Shown one piece after another: positions 5,928 to 6,363 of a DNA stretch of 6,363 nt. Position numbers and translations under genes: made by a program. The notes under the pieces were generated by a model. That model was not told the origin of the DNA. It did no database searches and saw nothing but the letters and a program-made list of their open reading frames with translations. How positions within the stretch are numbered: position 1 is the first letter of the stretch; every line of letters starts with the position of its first letter. The DNA is from Candidatus Iainarchaeum sp. (GTDB taxonomy: Archaea; Iainarchaeota; Iainarchaeia; Iainarchaeales; CSSED10-239): positions 1-6,363 of the forward strand of contig JAQUVR010000035.1 in assembly GCA_028693335.1 (NCBI GenBank), given 5' to 3'.

Positions 5928-6062
5928 GTAACATCGAATGGTATATATACTTTGCTGTTCTAAAAATTAACCAAAATTAAAAAAATTGTTTAAAAAAACA
6001 AACCAACTTTAGAAACCTTTATATATAAAATAATCAGAAATTAATGATTTTTCGAAATCAAC

Positions 6063-6080
6063 AAAAAAACAAGAAAAAAA
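6063..6080 (-). terminator. Oligo-T terminator candidate after the window-edge ORF
   Basis: The minus strand reads TAA-TTTTTTTCTTGTTTTTTT, two T7 runs directly after the stop. Confidence 0.4.
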
Positions 6081-6363
6081 TTAAATTATTACGCGTCCAT
6101 TATTAATAACAAAATGCTTCTTTGAAATAACTTTTATTACTTTCCCATTTCTTGTTGCATAACTAATAACGTTCTTTTCAGAATCAACAGAAACTACTTG
6201 ACCGATCCAAACACCATATCTTGAAACAACAGGAAGTCCGATTAACAGATCTGTAATATCTGTAGTGATGTCAAAAATACTAGTTATTCTATTTAATAAA
6301 AACAAAAAAACTGTTGAGACAACAACACTAATAATAAAAACATTAAACTCAAGTTGCCCAATA
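6081..6363 (-). CDS. Partial CDS (5' end outside the window): small protein with an N-terminal hydrophobic segment and a PRC-barrel-like C-terminal domain
   Basis: TAA at 6083-6081. The ORF-track start at 6305 is a TTG (plus-strand caa at 6303-6305). The same frame stays open to the window edge and reads ...IGQLEFNVFIISVVVSTVF-L-FLLNRITSIF..., so starting at 6305 would cut a ~20-residue hydrophobic helix in half. The C-terminal part, LLIGLPVVSRYGVWIGQVVSVDSEKNVISYATRNGKVIKVISKKHFVINNGRVII, resembles the PRC-barrel G-x-x-IG-x-V signature of the neighbouring gene. Confidence 0.5.
   Translation of the reverse strand, partial: IGQLEFNVFIISVVVSTVFLFLLNRITSIFDITTDITDLLIGLPVVSRYGVWIGQVVSVDSEKNVISYATRNGKVIKVISKKHFVINNGRVII

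Noticed and set aside
1-6363. A search for tRNA, rRNA or other structured RNA genes, CRISPR repeats, terminal inverted repeats or IS elements, and integrase, toxin-antitoxin or defence genes.
   Set aside because: No intergenic segment has the GC-rich helices expected of archaeal tRNAs or structured RNAs in an AT-rich genome. I saw no regularly spaced repeats of 24 bp or longer and no transposase- or integrase-like ORF. The only repeats found are the short promoter-region elements reported above.

Overview
This window is visibly very AT-rich, and its proteins are rich in Lys, Asn and Ile. It is archaeal: it has aEF-1alpha rather than EF-Tu, an archaeal-type uS10, and RtcB. I infer a small-genome DPANN-like or similarly AT-rich archaeon. 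The left half (98-3169, minus strand) is ordinary translation and RNA housekeeping in the order tuf (EF-1alpha), rps10, rtcB. The right half is less standard. A divergently transcribed two-gene plus-strand unit (3395-5581, 12-nt gap) encodes two proteins. The first is an N-terminally membrane-anchored coiled-coil protein whose C-terminus looks like a transglutaminase-like/papain-fold domain, with Glu apparently in the canonical Cys column. The second is a clear NFACT-N (Rqc2/RqcH ribosome quality control) homologue that stops after the coiled-coil and lacks the NFACT-R module. Two small minus-strand PRC-barrel-type genes follow. The second runs off the window edge with a hydrophobic N-terminal segment beginning GQLEF. 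I see no rRNA, tRNA, CRISPR array, transposase or integrase. The best candidate for something undescribed is the co-transcribed TGase-like plus truncated-NFACT pair. All functional readings there are motif-level inference made by eye, with no database search.
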